Below, one piece after another: positions 1 through 9,466 of a stretch of 64,000 bases of DNA (position 1 is the stretch's first letter; each line of letters opens with the position of its first letter). Source of the DNA: an uncultured Bacilli bacterium (GTDB lineage Bacteria; Bacillota_I; Bacilli_A; RF39; UBA660); assembly GCA_910589335.1 (NCBI GenBank), contig CAJUTW010000001.1, positions 7,972 through 71,971 of the forward strand. The letters are read 5' to 3'. The notes beneath the pieces are model-generated. The model was given only the letters and a program-made list of their open reading frames with translations, was not told the origin of the DNA and did no database searches. The position numbers were made by a program, and so were the translations under genes.

Positions 1-31
1 CTATCTCACTAGGGCATAGCCCACGTGAGAT

Positions 32-70
32 TAGGGAGTTCCCTAATAACCCCTTTCTTGTTTTTTGCAA
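32..70 (+). terminator. Terminator-like structured element at the window edge: nested GC-rich hairpins (CTCAC-TA-GGGC-ATA-GCCC-AC-GTGAG, then ATTAGGGA-GT-TCCCTAAT) followed by a T-run
   Basis: Perfect inverted repeats at 5-29 and 30-47, then cccctttcttgtttttt. GC-rich stems are conspicuous in a roughly 27% GC genome. Confidence 0.35.
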
Positions 71-477
71 AACACCTAAACTAACGTAAAGGTGTAATGT
101 TACAAACAAGATTAAATAATAACTATCGTTGATAATTATTATTTAATGAATTAGAAAAGGGGAGTCCTTTTCTAATTGTAAAAATATTTGCTATCGCCAC
201 TTTCATTGCTACGCAACAAAACGTGCCTCGCTCATTTTTTACATATAACTTTTTAATTAAAAGTTTAGTTTTTGATAAAAAGTACTTATTTTATAATAGT
301 ATACGAGAAATTTCGATTTTATTTTACTACCAATTTACTACTTTATATTGAGATTTCGTTTAAAAAAAAATATGTTATAATAATTGAAATATTTTGTTTT
401 GATATTGCGTAATTAAAACATATTAAAAAGAAAAAATTATTTTAAAATAATAATTAAAAAAAGAGGAGTTGGTAATC

Positions 478-1074
478 GTGGAAATTGATATCGTAGATAA
501 AATAGAGAAAAAATGTGAAATAAACTTAGATTGGTTTTATCATTCTATTTATTATGATAAAACTAAATATTCGTCTATATTAACTGAAGGAATTAAGTGC
601 AATGAATTATTACATAGGACTGGGTGTGGTGTTTATAATGGAAAATATTATATAAGTTTATCGAAAATAACTATTCCAGATAATCAATGCTTCCGTTTTT
701 ATGCCACATTAAAACCATCCTTTATTATTGATGGTATAGAACCTATCAAATGTGTAAATATAGCTGAATATGAAAGATATATTGATACAAAAGACCCAAG
801 GCGTATGGGAAACTACGATGGTGAATATCAATATTATTATTTTATTCAGCACACTTATATTATTGGAATTGTATATAATTTATTAGAAATGCAAAAAAGA
901 AAAACTAAATTCAAAAGAGATCAAATAATAGAATTGATAAAAATAAATTCATTATTAGAAGAACTTGATATTGACATTCCTATATATGATTATTCTAGAA
1001 GAGATAAAGTACTAGTTCATGAAATTAATAAAGAAAAGATAAAATATTATTCAAAAAAATTTTATGATGATTAG
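478..1074 (+). CDS. Hypothetical protein
   Basis: ORF in the six-frame track. Start moved to GTG 478, because AAGAGGAG at 461-468 sits directly against the TTG at 469. No recognisable motifs. Confidence 0.45.
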   Translation: MEIDIVDKIEKKCEINLDWFYHSIYYDKTKYSSILTEGIKCNELLHRTGCGVYNGKYYISLSKITIPDNQCFRFYATLKPSFIIDGIEPIKCVNIAEYERYIDTKDPRRMGNYDGEYQYYYFIQHTYIIGIVYNLLEMQKRKTKFKRDQIIELIKINSLLEELDIDIPIYDYSRRDKVLVHEINKEKIKYYSKKFYDD

Positions 1075-1479
1075 AAATAAGATATTTCTAATTTTAAAAT
1101 GGAGAATTATTAAAATTGAATGCTACATGCTTCATGCTACATAATAAGGGTAATACTATACCTTATTATGGCGAAGACTTTAGTGGCTACGCCACTAGTC
1201 TCGCTTACAAGACTATACCTCGATACTATGACATTGCATAGTAGTTTTTTAATATTTTAAATTAATACTTTAAAAACTTTCTGAAATTTACTACTGATTT
1301 ACTACTTTTGAAAGCAAAAATATAAGAAATTATAATAATTTATAAAAATATCTTTTAAAATCAAAAATGACATAAACGCTTATAAATACAGGTTATAACG
1401 TTATTTAAGAACTTATAAAAAGATACTCACAAAAATGCAATATTTTTTAGAAAAAAGTTAACAAAAATTGCGATGAAAA

Positions 1480-2463
1480 TTATTCATTTTCATCAATCGG
1501 TTCTTCATAATGAACGTGATATAATTGTTCATTTGCATTTCTATTTTTTGTTATAAAAAGTCCTTCACGTTTTAATAAATCTAAATTTGAATTTAATAAT
1601 CTACCAAACTGTTTAGGAGTTAATAATATATTTGCTTTGTTGATAATCTCATTACAAGTGAAGTCAAAATCTTTTTTATCAACAGCATATTTTATAAATA
1701 AAACTAAATTATAATTTATTTCTTCATCATCAATTGGATTAATAACGTTAAATATTTGATTAGAAGTTTTTTTTAAATGAATATCTTGTTCTGAAAAATC
1801 TCTATTGATAATATTTAATCTAATCAATGATTTATCGTTTTTATTTTCTATTAAAGTCAGTTTTCCGTCTACCACTGCATCAAATGCAGTACTTCCTAAT
1901 ATTTTTCCTTGTTTATTTAAGTGATGTGTAAATAAGATTGTTACATTATATTTTTCACATATACTTCTTAATTTTGGAAGTAATTTCTGACCTATATCTT
2001 GATAATTATTAATGTCATAATATATTCCTAAATTAGTGTCTTTTAACATATCAATAATTACTAATCTTCCATTTTTATATTTAGAAAATTCCATTAAATC
2101 AACCTCAAAATCTAATATACTTACTTCGCCTTTTCCATTTCTATCTATTACAAAAAAAGATTCTTTTGGAAATGAAAGACCAAGATTTTTTATTCTTTCT
2201 TGTATTTGATCAAAGTCTGATTCTGTGCTAATATAAAGTACGGGAGAGGGTATAGTATTATGTCCTAGAAATTGCGTACCATTAGTGATTGAATTGGAAA
2301 GTTGTAGGGAAAACATAGACTTTCCAACTTTAGCATTTGATACTAAGCAATATAGCCCTTTGTACTTCATTATTCCAGCAAGAATCTTTTCAATATGGAT
2401 ATGAGTCTGTTTATGGTAAAAGCAAGGAATTAATTTTGCCAGAAAAAGATATTGATAATTCAT
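1480..2463 (-). CDS. RepA/DnaB-C-like P-loop ATPase (AAA_25-type; replication or primase-associated ATPase typical of plasmids, phages and ICEs)
   Basis: Walker A SNAKVGKS, Walker B-like RLVIIDML, and a RecA-like core (VLYISTE...TILFTHHLNK). RBS AGGA lies upstream of the ATG at 2463. Confidence 0.55.
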   Translation of the reverse strand: MNYQYLFLAKLIPCFYHKQTHIHIEKILAGIMKYKGLYCLVSNAKVGKSMFSLQLSNSITNGTQFLGHNTIPSPVLYISTESDFDQIQERIKNLGLSFPKESFFVIDRNGKGEVSILDFEVDLMEFSKYKNGRLVIIDMLKDTNLGIYYDINNYQDIGQKLLPKLRSICEKYNVTILFTHHLNKQGKILGSTAFDAVVDGKLTLIENKNDKSLIRLNIINRDFSEQDIHLKKTSNQIFNVINPIDDEEINYNLVLFIKYAVDKKDFDFTCNEIINKANILLTPKQFGRLLNSNLDLLKREGLFITKNRNANEQLYHVHYEEPIDENE

Positions 2464-2831
2464 TAAATAATCCTAAATGTCATGCTTATGAAATGATAGA
2501 TGATAATAATGAAATTCTTGGAGGTGCTATTGTAGAAATAAATGATAACGATGTTAATCATTTAGATTTCCTATTTGTTAGAGTTGGTATTCAAAGTAAA
2601 GGTATTGGAGAGGCAATATGGAAAGAAGTTGATAACATATATTCAAATACAAGGCTTTGGAAAACTTGTACTCCATATTTTGATAAAAGAAATATTCATT
2701 TTTATGTAAATAAACTAAAGTTTAAAATAGTAGAATATTTTAACGAAAAACATCCTGATTCAAAAATGTTAGAGGACATTTTTGAAGAAGATAATGGAAT
2801 GTTTGAATTTGAAAAAGAAATGAATGAATAG
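2337..2831 (+). CDS. GNAT-family N-acetyltransferase (start uncertain; alternatives TTG 2436 with RBS AAGGAA, or ATG 2493)
   Basis: GNAT motif A FVRVGIQSKGIGEAIW and a downstream YF...N motif. The 5' end overlaps the divergent ATPase gene, so the true start is probably internal. Confidence 0.5.
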   Translation: MILSNIALCTSLFQQESFQYGYESVYGKSKELILPEKDIDNSLNNPKCHAYEMIDDNNEILGGAIVEINDNDVNHLDFLFVRVGIQSKGIGEAIWKEVDNIYSNTRLWKTCTPYFDKRNIHFYVNKLKFKIVEYFNEKHPDSKMLEDIFEEDNGMFEFEKEMNE

Positions 2832-2854
2832 TAATTTAGCAGTGAGGTTTAGTT

Positions 2855-3421
2855 GTGAAAAAAGTATTAAAAATAGGATTATACATAATATTAGGAATAA
2901 TGGGTTCTGTTATAGTTACATTATTATTTATAATGCTATTTAGTTTTATTTGTTCAACTTGTATTAAAACTGACGAAGAATATATTTTTGATGATATAAA
3001 AGACAGAACTAATGTTAGTTTTAAAGCTTGCAATATTATAAATGAAAAAGATACACATGGCGGATTTCTTGGAGATGGAAAAAAGAGTGTTATATATCAA
3101 TGTGATAAAAATTTTAACACAAAAAATATAAGAAAAAAATGGAACAAACTTCCTTTAAGCGAAAACTTAAATATCTATTTATATGGTGATGCAGTAAAAA
3201 ATGGAATAACTTATCCTAAAAAAGAAGAAAACGATTATGTAATTCCCAAAATAGAAAATGGATATTATTATTTCATAGATAATTATAGTTTATACTATAA
3301 GGATATTGATAACATATATAGCGACGAAAAAATATTGGATATGGGAAGATCACATAATTTTACATTAACTGTTTATGATATAGATAAAAACTATTTATAT
3401 TACTATGAAATTGATACTTAA
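2855..3421 (+). CDS. Hypothetical membrane-anchored protein
   Basis: GTG start after a GAGG RBS. N-terminal TM helix IGLYIILGIMGSVIVTLLFIMLF. Confidence 0.45.
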   Translation: MKKVLKIGLYIILGIMGSVIVTLLFIMLFSFICSTCIKTDEEYIFDDIKDRTNVSFKACNIINEKDTHGGFLGDGKKSVIYQCDKNFNTKNIRKKWNKLPLSENLNIYLYGDAVKNGITYPKKEENDYVIPKIENGYYYFIDNYSLYYKDIDNIYSDEKILDMGRSHNFTLTVYDIDKNYLYYYEIDT

Positions 3422-3434
3422 GAGGAGTTTAATT

Positions 3435-3749
3435 ATGATAACTTATAGAGAGTTTAAAGAAATAATGGATAAAACTTCAGACGGTTGTGAAATCGGAATA
3501 TATTTTAATAATGATTTTGATGATTATCTTGTAGTAAAATTTAAGGATTATATTACGATAGGAAAATTCAATTGTGCTAAAAATGAAATATATAAATTTA
3601 GCAATATTGATGAACTATATAACGCAACAATAGAAAATATGTGTTTAAAAAGAGATTGGAATAAAATAGCTGACATCTTGATAGATTTAACTTTTAGTAT
3701 CATTGAAGATAAAGATGAAATAAAAAAAATATATAATGTTGATTTATAG
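3435..3749 (+). CDS. Hypothetical protein
   Basis: ATG 3435 preceded by AGAGGAG with a 7-nt spacer. The ORF-track start at 3405 lacks an RBS. Confidence 0.45.
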   Translation: MITYREFKEIMDKTSDGCEIGIYFNNDFDDYLVVKFKDYITIGKFNCAKNEIYKFSNIDELYNATIENMCLKRDWNKIADILIDLTFSIIEDKDEIKKIYNVDL

Positions 3750-3784
3750 TATTTAGAATTATAATTTAGGAGTTAGATGAGTTT

Positions 3785-4360
3785 ATGAAAAAAGATAAAT
3801 TAGAAATTGAAATTAGTACTTTAGATGAAAAAGTTATAGAGGAGTTTTTTAATATTGCTATACAATTAAAAGAAAAAAATTTTAATCCCAAATGTTTGAA
3901 AAAATCTCGTGCTAAAATATTTATGATATTTTTGGGTTTATATTTATGTGTTCTATTAGGAACTATAATTTTTGGGATTTTCGAAGGAGATTTTCTTATA
4001 AATACCTTGTTAAATAGTGGGATTTTTGTTTTATTTTTATCTTATTTTATTAAAATGATAAAAGGTTATGTAAGTGATAAAAAAATTGTTAAGAGTACAC
4101 TTAAATCATTTTCTAAGTTTACTCTTATATTTGACACCAAGGGAATAAAACAAAAAAAGAAAACTAAAGAAATTAGTTTATGCGATTGGGAACAATTAAA
4201 GTCAATACTAATTAATGATTACTCAATTATATTTCTTTCAAATAATAATAATGAATTTGATGCTTTTCTTTATATTTCTACATACTATAAGGAAAGAGTT
4301 ATAGATATATTAACAGAGCTACATAAAGAACATTTAATAATCGATAATACTATAAGATAG
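3785..4360 (+). CDS. Hypothetical membrane protein
   Basis: RBS GGAG. Two or three central TM helices (IFMIFLGLYLCVLLGTIIFGIF, GIFVLFLSYFI). Confidence 0.45.
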   Translation: MKKDKLEIEISTLDEKVIEEFFNIAIQLKEKNFNPKCLKKSRAKIFMIFLGLYLCVLLGTIIFGIFEGDFLINTLLNSGIFVLFLSYFIKMIKGYVSDKKIVKSTLKSFSKFTLIFDTKGIKQKKKTKEISLCDWEQLKSILINDYSIIFLSNNNNEFDAFLYISTYYKERVIDILTELHKEHLIIDNTIR

Positions 4361-4415
4361 ATAACATTTTAATAAATTAAAATTTAGTATCATTGATAAT
4401 AAGTTGAGGTGTAAT

Positions 4416-4931
4416 ATGAAAAAAATATTTAAAATATTTGTAATTACTGTTGTAGCAATATTAATCATTTTATTTTTTGGATATTGTATTTTAAATTTAT
4501 TATGGAAAAAAGATTTTAATAGATTTGATTATGATAAAAGTAAAAAAGAGTTAATGGAATTTTTTAAAACAAATAAAAAAGAATTAGAGATTATTGCAGA
4601 GGAATTATATGAAAAGAAAACTTCAAAAAATAATCCTTATGAAAACATAAGATATGCTACATATAAAAATGATTCTGAATTTTCTTTCTTAAAAAAATCG
4701 GAATATATTCAATTTGATATTGATGCACAAGGGATGCTTGGTGGACAATATTATGGACTAATCTATATAAAAGATGATATATATAACAGTGATGATTTAT
4801 TTATATATGACGAAAATAAAGAAACTAGTAAGGGTAATAATATTTTTATTAGAGAAAAGATTGCTAATCATTGGTATTATTACTATGATGACTATGATGG
4901 AAAAGTAAATATAAAAGAGATAAAAAAATAG
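4416..4931 (+). CDS. Hypothetical membrane-anchored protein
   Basis: ATG 4416 after GAGGTG. N-terminal TM helix IFVITVVAILIILFFGYCILNLLW. Confidence 0.45.
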   Translation: MKKIFKIFVITVVAILIILFFGYCILNLLWKKDFNRFDYDKSKKELMEFFKTNKKELEIIAEELYEKKTSKNNPYENIRYATYKNDSEFSFLKKSEYIQFDIDAQGMLGGQYYGLIYIKDDIYNSDDLFIYDENKETSKGNNIFIREKIANHWYYYYDDYDGKVNIKEIKK

Positions 4932-4948
4932 TCATAAAGGAGTTTTAG

Positions 4949-5485
4949 ATGAAGTTTACTTTTAAAAAATATATAAGACAATTAATATTATATGATACAT
5001 TTATTACCTTATTTATAATCATTTTCTTTTTACTATTTCAAGATACAGTATTTATATTATTTGCTATATTAGTGATATTTATTTGTAATATAAATTTTTT
5101 TAGAATTATTTATAATATTAAAAAATTTCTAAAGGAACAACCAAATGATATAATTAGTAAGTTAGAAAAAGATTTAAGTAATAACTATCTAATATATGAT
5201 TCATGGTATTTAACAGATGAATATATGTTTTCTGTCGAAAGATTAGAAAAAATTAATTATAAAGATATTATGGTTGTAGAGGGAGGAATAACTCTTGTTT
5301 CAGGTAGAAATAATAATCTCGGATACAAACAAACTATATATCTAAAGAATGGAGAAAAGTATAAACTAAAAGCTCCTATAACAAGTTCAAATTCAGATAT
5401 ATTTACTGAATTTATAAAGGGAAAAAATAGTAGTACCTATTTTGGAATTATAGAAGATTATATGAAAATAAAGAAAGATATATAA
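4949..5485 (+). CDS. Hypothetical membrane protein
   Basis: RBS AGGAG. Two N-terminal TM helices. Confidence 0.45.
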   Translation: MKFTFKKYIRQLILYDTFITLFIIIFFLLFQDTVFILFAILVIFICNINFFRIIYNIKKFLKEQPNDIISKLEKDLSNNYLIYDSWYLTDEYMFSVERLEKINYKDIMVVEGGITLVSGRNNNLGYKQTIYLKNGEKYKLKAPITSSNSDIFTEFIKGKNSSTYFGIIEDYMKIKKDI

Positions 5486-5707
5486 ATTTGAAATAATATT
5501 TTGGGAGTGAGGCTATCGTTTGTGATATTCTTTTTCTTTTCATAAAAAAACAACTCTATACTAGCAGTTGTTAAAAAAAATATTATCTAAATGATTCATT
5601 TTTTGTTATAAGTTAAAAAATCTTTTCACTTATAAATATTCTTTAAGTATTTATTCGACAAACTTAGATAAGTTGTATTTCTTTCTATATCTTTTCTAAT
5701 TATGTAT

Positions 5708-5929
5708 TTAATTATTTGATTTAAATTCTACGACTTCATATAATTTATCAGATATTATATCAAGATTTTTAGGATAATCTTTGTCGTAATAATCAATTAA
5801 ATCTTTTAATAAATCGTTTATCTTTTTAGAAATTTCTTTAGTGTATGAGTAAGAAAAAATAATATTGAGACTATTTAATACATGAAACGTAATTAAAGTT
5901 GTTAAGTTTCTTTCGTATTTTTTTATCAT
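5708..5929 (-). CDS. Small hypothetical protein (73 aa)
   Basis: Isolated minus-strand ORF with an upstream GGAG RBS. Weak resemblance to Spo0E-like small helical proteins, not supported. Confidence 0.3.
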   Translation of the reverse strand: MIKKYERNLTTLITFHVLNSLNIIFSYSYTKEISKKINDLLKDLIDYYDKDYPKNLDIISDKLYEVVEFKSNN

Positions 5930-6078
5930 AAATTTTCTCCTTTCTTTAAAAAATTAATTTATTTTTAATGTTACTTAAAGTAATTGTTTTAACTTTTTTA
6001 ATAAATATTTTAAATTTTGCAATTTAATATTGTGTTATATCAAAAAATTAAGTTGTTTATTATAAAGTTTCTAAAGAA

Positions 6079-6561
6079 ATGTTTTATAAAATTAATAACT
6101 ATACTGATAAAGATAGATATAAAGAATTTCAACAAAAATTAGAAAGCGTCGAAATAAATTATATAGATTGTGATTTATATTCTCTTCCTAATTATTTAGG
6201 TGATAATACATATGATGCAATGAATTTTTCTAATATTTATGAATATTTAAATTATGGAAAGGATGTTTGTAGAGAAAATGCTTTAAAATTTTATAATTTT
6301 TTAATGCAACAAATATGTCCTAGACTTAATAAAGATGGAAAAATTATGATATCATATTGTTATGCTTTTAATCATGAAGTAGAAAGATATTTAAAAAGAG
6401 AAATGACTGAAGAAAATATAGAAAGTATATTATATCAAAAAGGAATTACTTTTGATACAAAATATTCTTTTGCAGGAAAATTTGATTGTTTATTAGATTG
6501 TCCAGCATTTAATAAAGAAGATGATATCATTTATAATGAAGAAGAGTATGAAAATAATTAA
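6079..6561 (+). CDS. Hypothetical protein
   Basis: ORF followed by a strong terminator at 6608-6638. Confidence 0.4.
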   Translation: MFYKINNYTDKDRYKEFQQKLESVEINYIDCDLYSLPNYLGDNTYDAMNFSNIYEYLNYGKDVCRENALKFYNFLMQQICPRLNKDGKIMISYCYAFNHEVERYLKREMTEENIESILYQKGITFDTKYSFAGKFDCLLDCPAFNKEDDIIYNEEEYENN

Positions 6562-6607
6562 TTTAATATCTTAGAAAATAATTAGATAAAATACCTAAAT
6601 TTTTTTT

Positions 6608-6638
6608 AACTTTCAAAATAAAATTGAAAGTTTTTTTG
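6608..6638 (+). terminator. Rho-independent terminator
   Basis: Perfect 9-bp stem AACTTTCAA/TTGAAAGTT with loop AATAAAA, then TTTTTTT. Confidence 0.6.
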
Positions 6639-6663
6639 AATAAAAATTTTTTATTGACATAAT
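6636..6663 (+). promoter_or_regulatory. Putative sigma-A promoter for the GH3 gene
   Basis: TTGAAT, 16-nt spacer, CATAAT, about 20 nt upstream of the AGGAGG RBS. Confidence 0.3.
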
Positions 6664-6684
6664 TTTTATTAGGAGGCAAGTTTT

Positions 6685-8022
6685 ATGGGTGATAAAAAGG
6701 TATATTCAATAATTGTTATAACAGGAATAATACTAATTTCTTTATTTCTAATAATTATGAATAAGAATAAATTAAATGAATTAGTTGGTAATGTTGTTGA
6801 AGTAAATGATCGTTATTTTGTAGTAGATAGTGAGGATGGTAAGTATAAATTTTCATATTTAAGTGAGAGAGATATCACAGAAAAAAGTAATATTACAATC
6901 AAATATAAAGGTAAATTAGATGAAGAAAACATTAATAAAATGGATTCTTATACTTTAACTAAAGAAACTGTTTCTATAATAGATAAATTAGAAAGTAATG
7001 GTATTTTTAGTGCATTTTACAATATGGCAAAAGAAAGATTAGATGAAATGTCACTTGATGAAAAAATAGGTCAATTATTATTAGTTAGAGTACCAGATGG
7101 AGATGCAGTTGAGGCTGTTAAAAAGTATCAATTTGGAGGATATGTTTTATTTGAGAGAGATTTTAGGAATAAAACAAAGGATGAGGTTTATCAAACTATT
7201 AAATCATATCAAGATGCTTCTATTGTTCCTATGATAATGGCAACAGATGAAGAGGGTGGTAGAGTTGTTAGAGCAAGTTCTAATCCAAAGCTTAGAAGTA
7301 CACCATTTTTATCAAGTCAGGAGTTATACAAAAAAGGTGGTTTAGATTTAATTGCAGAAGATACAATTGATAAAAGTAAATTTTTAAAAGATTTAGGTAT
7401 AAATGTTAATTTAGCTCCAGTTGTTGATGTTGTTACTGATTCTAACGCTTATATGTATAATCGTTCTTTAGGAGAAGATACAAGTACTACTTCAAAATAT
7501 GCAGAAGAAGTTATAAAAGCAAGTAAGACTGAAGATGTTTCTTATGTTTTAAAACATTTTCCAGGATATTCTAATAATAGTGATACACATACAGGTACTA
7601 GTGTAGATAGTAGAACATTAGATGAAATAAAAGAAAATGATTTACCACCATTTAAAGCAGGAATTGATGCTATGGCTGAGGCTGTTCTTGTAAGTCATAA
7701 TATTGTTGAAAGTATTGAAAAAGATACTCCAGCATCTTTATCGAAGAATGTTCATGAAATGTTACGTCAAGAATTAGTTTTTTCAGGAGTTATTATTACA
7801 GATGATTTAGATATGCTTGCAACTAAGAATAGTACTGATTTATATTTAAATGCTTTGAAGGCTGGAAATGATATGTTGATTGTTACAGATTTTGATGAAG
7901 CATTTGATTCAATTAAAACAGCAGTTAATGATAATACAATCGATACAGAAACAGTTGATAAAGCAGCATTAAGAATATTGGCTTGGAAGTATTATAAAAT
8001 ATTATTCCCAACAAAAAGCTAG
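6685..8022 (+). CDS. Membrane-anchored glycoside hydrolase family 3 beta-N-acetylhexosaminidase (NagZ/YbbD-like)
   Basis: GH3 N-domain motifs GQLLLVRVP, MATDEEGGRVVRA and KHFPGYS...DTH. N-terminal TM anchor. Confidence 0.75.
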   Translation: MGDKKVYSIIVITGIILISLFLIIMNKNKLNELVGNVVEVNDRYFVVDSEDGKYKFSYLSERDITEKSNITIKYKGKLDEENINKMDSYTLTKETVSIIDKLESNGIFSAFYNMAKERLDEMSLDEKIGQLLLVRVPDGDAVEAVKKYQFGGYVLFERDFRNKTKDEVYQTIKSYQDASIVPMIMATDEEGGRVVRASSNPKLRSTPFLSSQELYKKGGLDLIAEDTIDKSKFLKDLGINVNLAPVVDVVTDSNAYMYNRSLGEDTSTTSKYAEEVIKASKTEDVSYVLKHFPGYSNNSDTHTGTSVDSRTLDEIKENDLPPFKAGIDAMAEAVLVSHNIVESIEKDTPASLSKNVHEMLRQELVFSGVIITDDLDMLATKNSTDLYLNALKAGNDMLIVTDFDEAFDSIKTAVNDNTIDTETVDKAALRILAWKYYKILFPTKS

Positions 8023-8048
8023 AAAAGAAAACTCTTTTCTTTTTTTTA
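8021..8048 (+). terminator. Rho-independent terminator
   Basis: AGAAAAG-AAAACT-CTTTTCT hairpin followed by T8. Confidence 0.55.
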
Positions 8049-8188
8049 TATTAATGTGTATATAAATTATTAATTTGGGGAGATTATATATAGATATAAT
8101 TTATTAGTATTTTACTTATAAGAAAACTAAGTAAATATATATCTATTTATTTTATTAATATTAGTAATTAGGAAGGATGAAACAATAA

Positions 8189-8602
8189 ATGATGATGATA
8201 CCAAGAAGTAATTTTGATTTATTTGATGATATTTTTGGAGATTCTTTTTTTAAAAAAGAAGATAAAATGATGAAAACTGATATTAGAGAAACGGATAATG
8301 GCTATATAATTGATGTTGATTTACCAGGTTATAAAAAAGAAAATATTAAAATTGATGTAACTGATGGATATTTAACGATAAATGCTAAAATGAATCAAAA
8401 AAATACTGAAGATAATAACGGTAAATATGTAAGACGTGAAAGATTTTTTGGAGAATGTTCAAGAAGTTTTTATGTTGGTGAGGCAGTGGAAGATTTAGAT
8501 ATTAAAGCTAAATTTCAAAATGGTATTTTGAGTTTAGAAATTCCAAAAATTGATGAGAGAAAAAATTTACCTGAAAAAAAATATATAGAAATAAGTGATT
8601 AA
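8189..8602 (+). CDS. Hsp20/alpha-crystallin small heat-shock protein
   Basis: ACD motifs ETDNGYIIDVDLPGYKKENIKI and GILSLEIPK. Confidence 0.85.
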   Translation: MMMIPRSNFDLFDDIFGDSFFKKEDKMMKTDIRETDNGYIIDVDLPGYKKENIKIDVTDGYLTINAKMNQKNTEDNNGKYVRRERFFGECSRSFYVGEAVEDLDIKAKFQNGILSLEIPKIDERKNLPEKKYIEISD

Positions 8603-8651
8603 GAAAATAATAAAGTTATATAGTTTAGCTGTATAACTTTTTTAATATTTC

Positions 8652-8680
8652 TTGAAATATGAAAATATAGATGCTAGAAT
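8652..8680 (+). promoter_or_regulatory. Sigma-A-type promoter (TTGAAA-N17-TGcTAGAAT) upstream of the CAT-like pseudogene
   Basis: Near-consensus -35 and extended -10. The same cTTGAAATATGAAAA architecture occurs upstream of greA. Confidence 0.45.
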
Positions 8681-8689
8681 ATCTTTCTA

Positions 8690-9292
8690 ATGAGGCGAAA
8701 TTAAATTTGGTAATTCAATTTTTTTTATTCAAACTCTTATCCTTATTTAGGTGTTACATCGCCTATTAATGTTGATTATTTGGTTAAGTTATCGAAGAGT
8801 ATGTATCTTTCGTTTTATGTTTTAATGTCTTTTGTAACAATGAAAACTATTCAAGAAATAGAATAGTTTAAGTATGTGTTAGATGGTAATAGTATATATA
8901 GATATGAAAATATTAATATGAGTTTTACAGTATTAGATAAAGAACAGAAAGTACGTTTTTCGCCTGTTGTAGAGTTTGATGAAGATTTATTTGTTTTTTT
9001 AGCAAGATTTTATAAAGCAAAAGAAATAGGAGAAAAAAATAAAAATTCAAGTAAATATGATCATAATAATTTAATTTATATTACTTGTCTTCCGTGGATG
9101 AGAATTACTTCTATGATGCATCCTGTAGATGAAAAAAATAAAGATAGTATTCCAAGGATTTGTTGGGGAAAATATTTTGAAACTATAGATGGTTATAATA
9201 TTGATATGTCTATACAAGTAAATCATGGTTTTCAAGATGGATATCATTTAGGTTTGTTTTATGAAGGATTAGAGAGAAATATAAGCAATTAA
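8690..9292 (+). pseudogene. Chloramphenicol acetyltransferase (CAT)-family gene, degraded
   Basis: The C-terminal 138 aa (8876-9292) match the CAT C-terminus, including the catalytic region MSIQVNHGFQDGYHLG (CAT: LQVHHAVCDGFHVG). The upstream in-frame sequence still resembles the CAT N-terminus (YL...DYLVKLSKSMYLSFYVLMSFVT ~ KFYPAFIFLVTRV). It is interrupted by in-frame stops at 8702, 8711 and 8864. Confidence 0.5.
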
Positions 9293-9395
9293 AAAAATAT
9301 TAGTGTAGAAGAAATTACTCAATTTTTACAAAATAGTAAATTAAATAAAAAAGAAAGTGATAATTTGAAAAGATTAATGAAGTAGCTAAAGTTTT

Positions 9396-9424
9396 AGTCT
9401 AGAGTAAACTAGACTTTTTTTTTA
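9396..9424 (+). terminator. Rho-independent terminator
   Basis: Perfect AGTCTAG/CTAGACT stem followed by T9. Confidence 0.55.
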
Positions 9425-9466
9425 GATTTTGTTATAATATTAGCGTATTTAAGGAGGGGAAATGTT

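Noticed and set aside
1-120. Possible tRNA, tmRNA or rRNA 3' end at the window start
   Set aside because: There is no cloverleaf, no GTTC T-loop motif and no CCA-proximal acceptor pairing. Kept only as a terminator-like hairpin element.
2836-3033. 65-aa minus-strand ORF
   Set aside because: It lies almost fully inside the + strand membrane-protein gene at 2855-3421, which has an RBS and a TM helix. Judged a chance ORF in AT-rich DNA.
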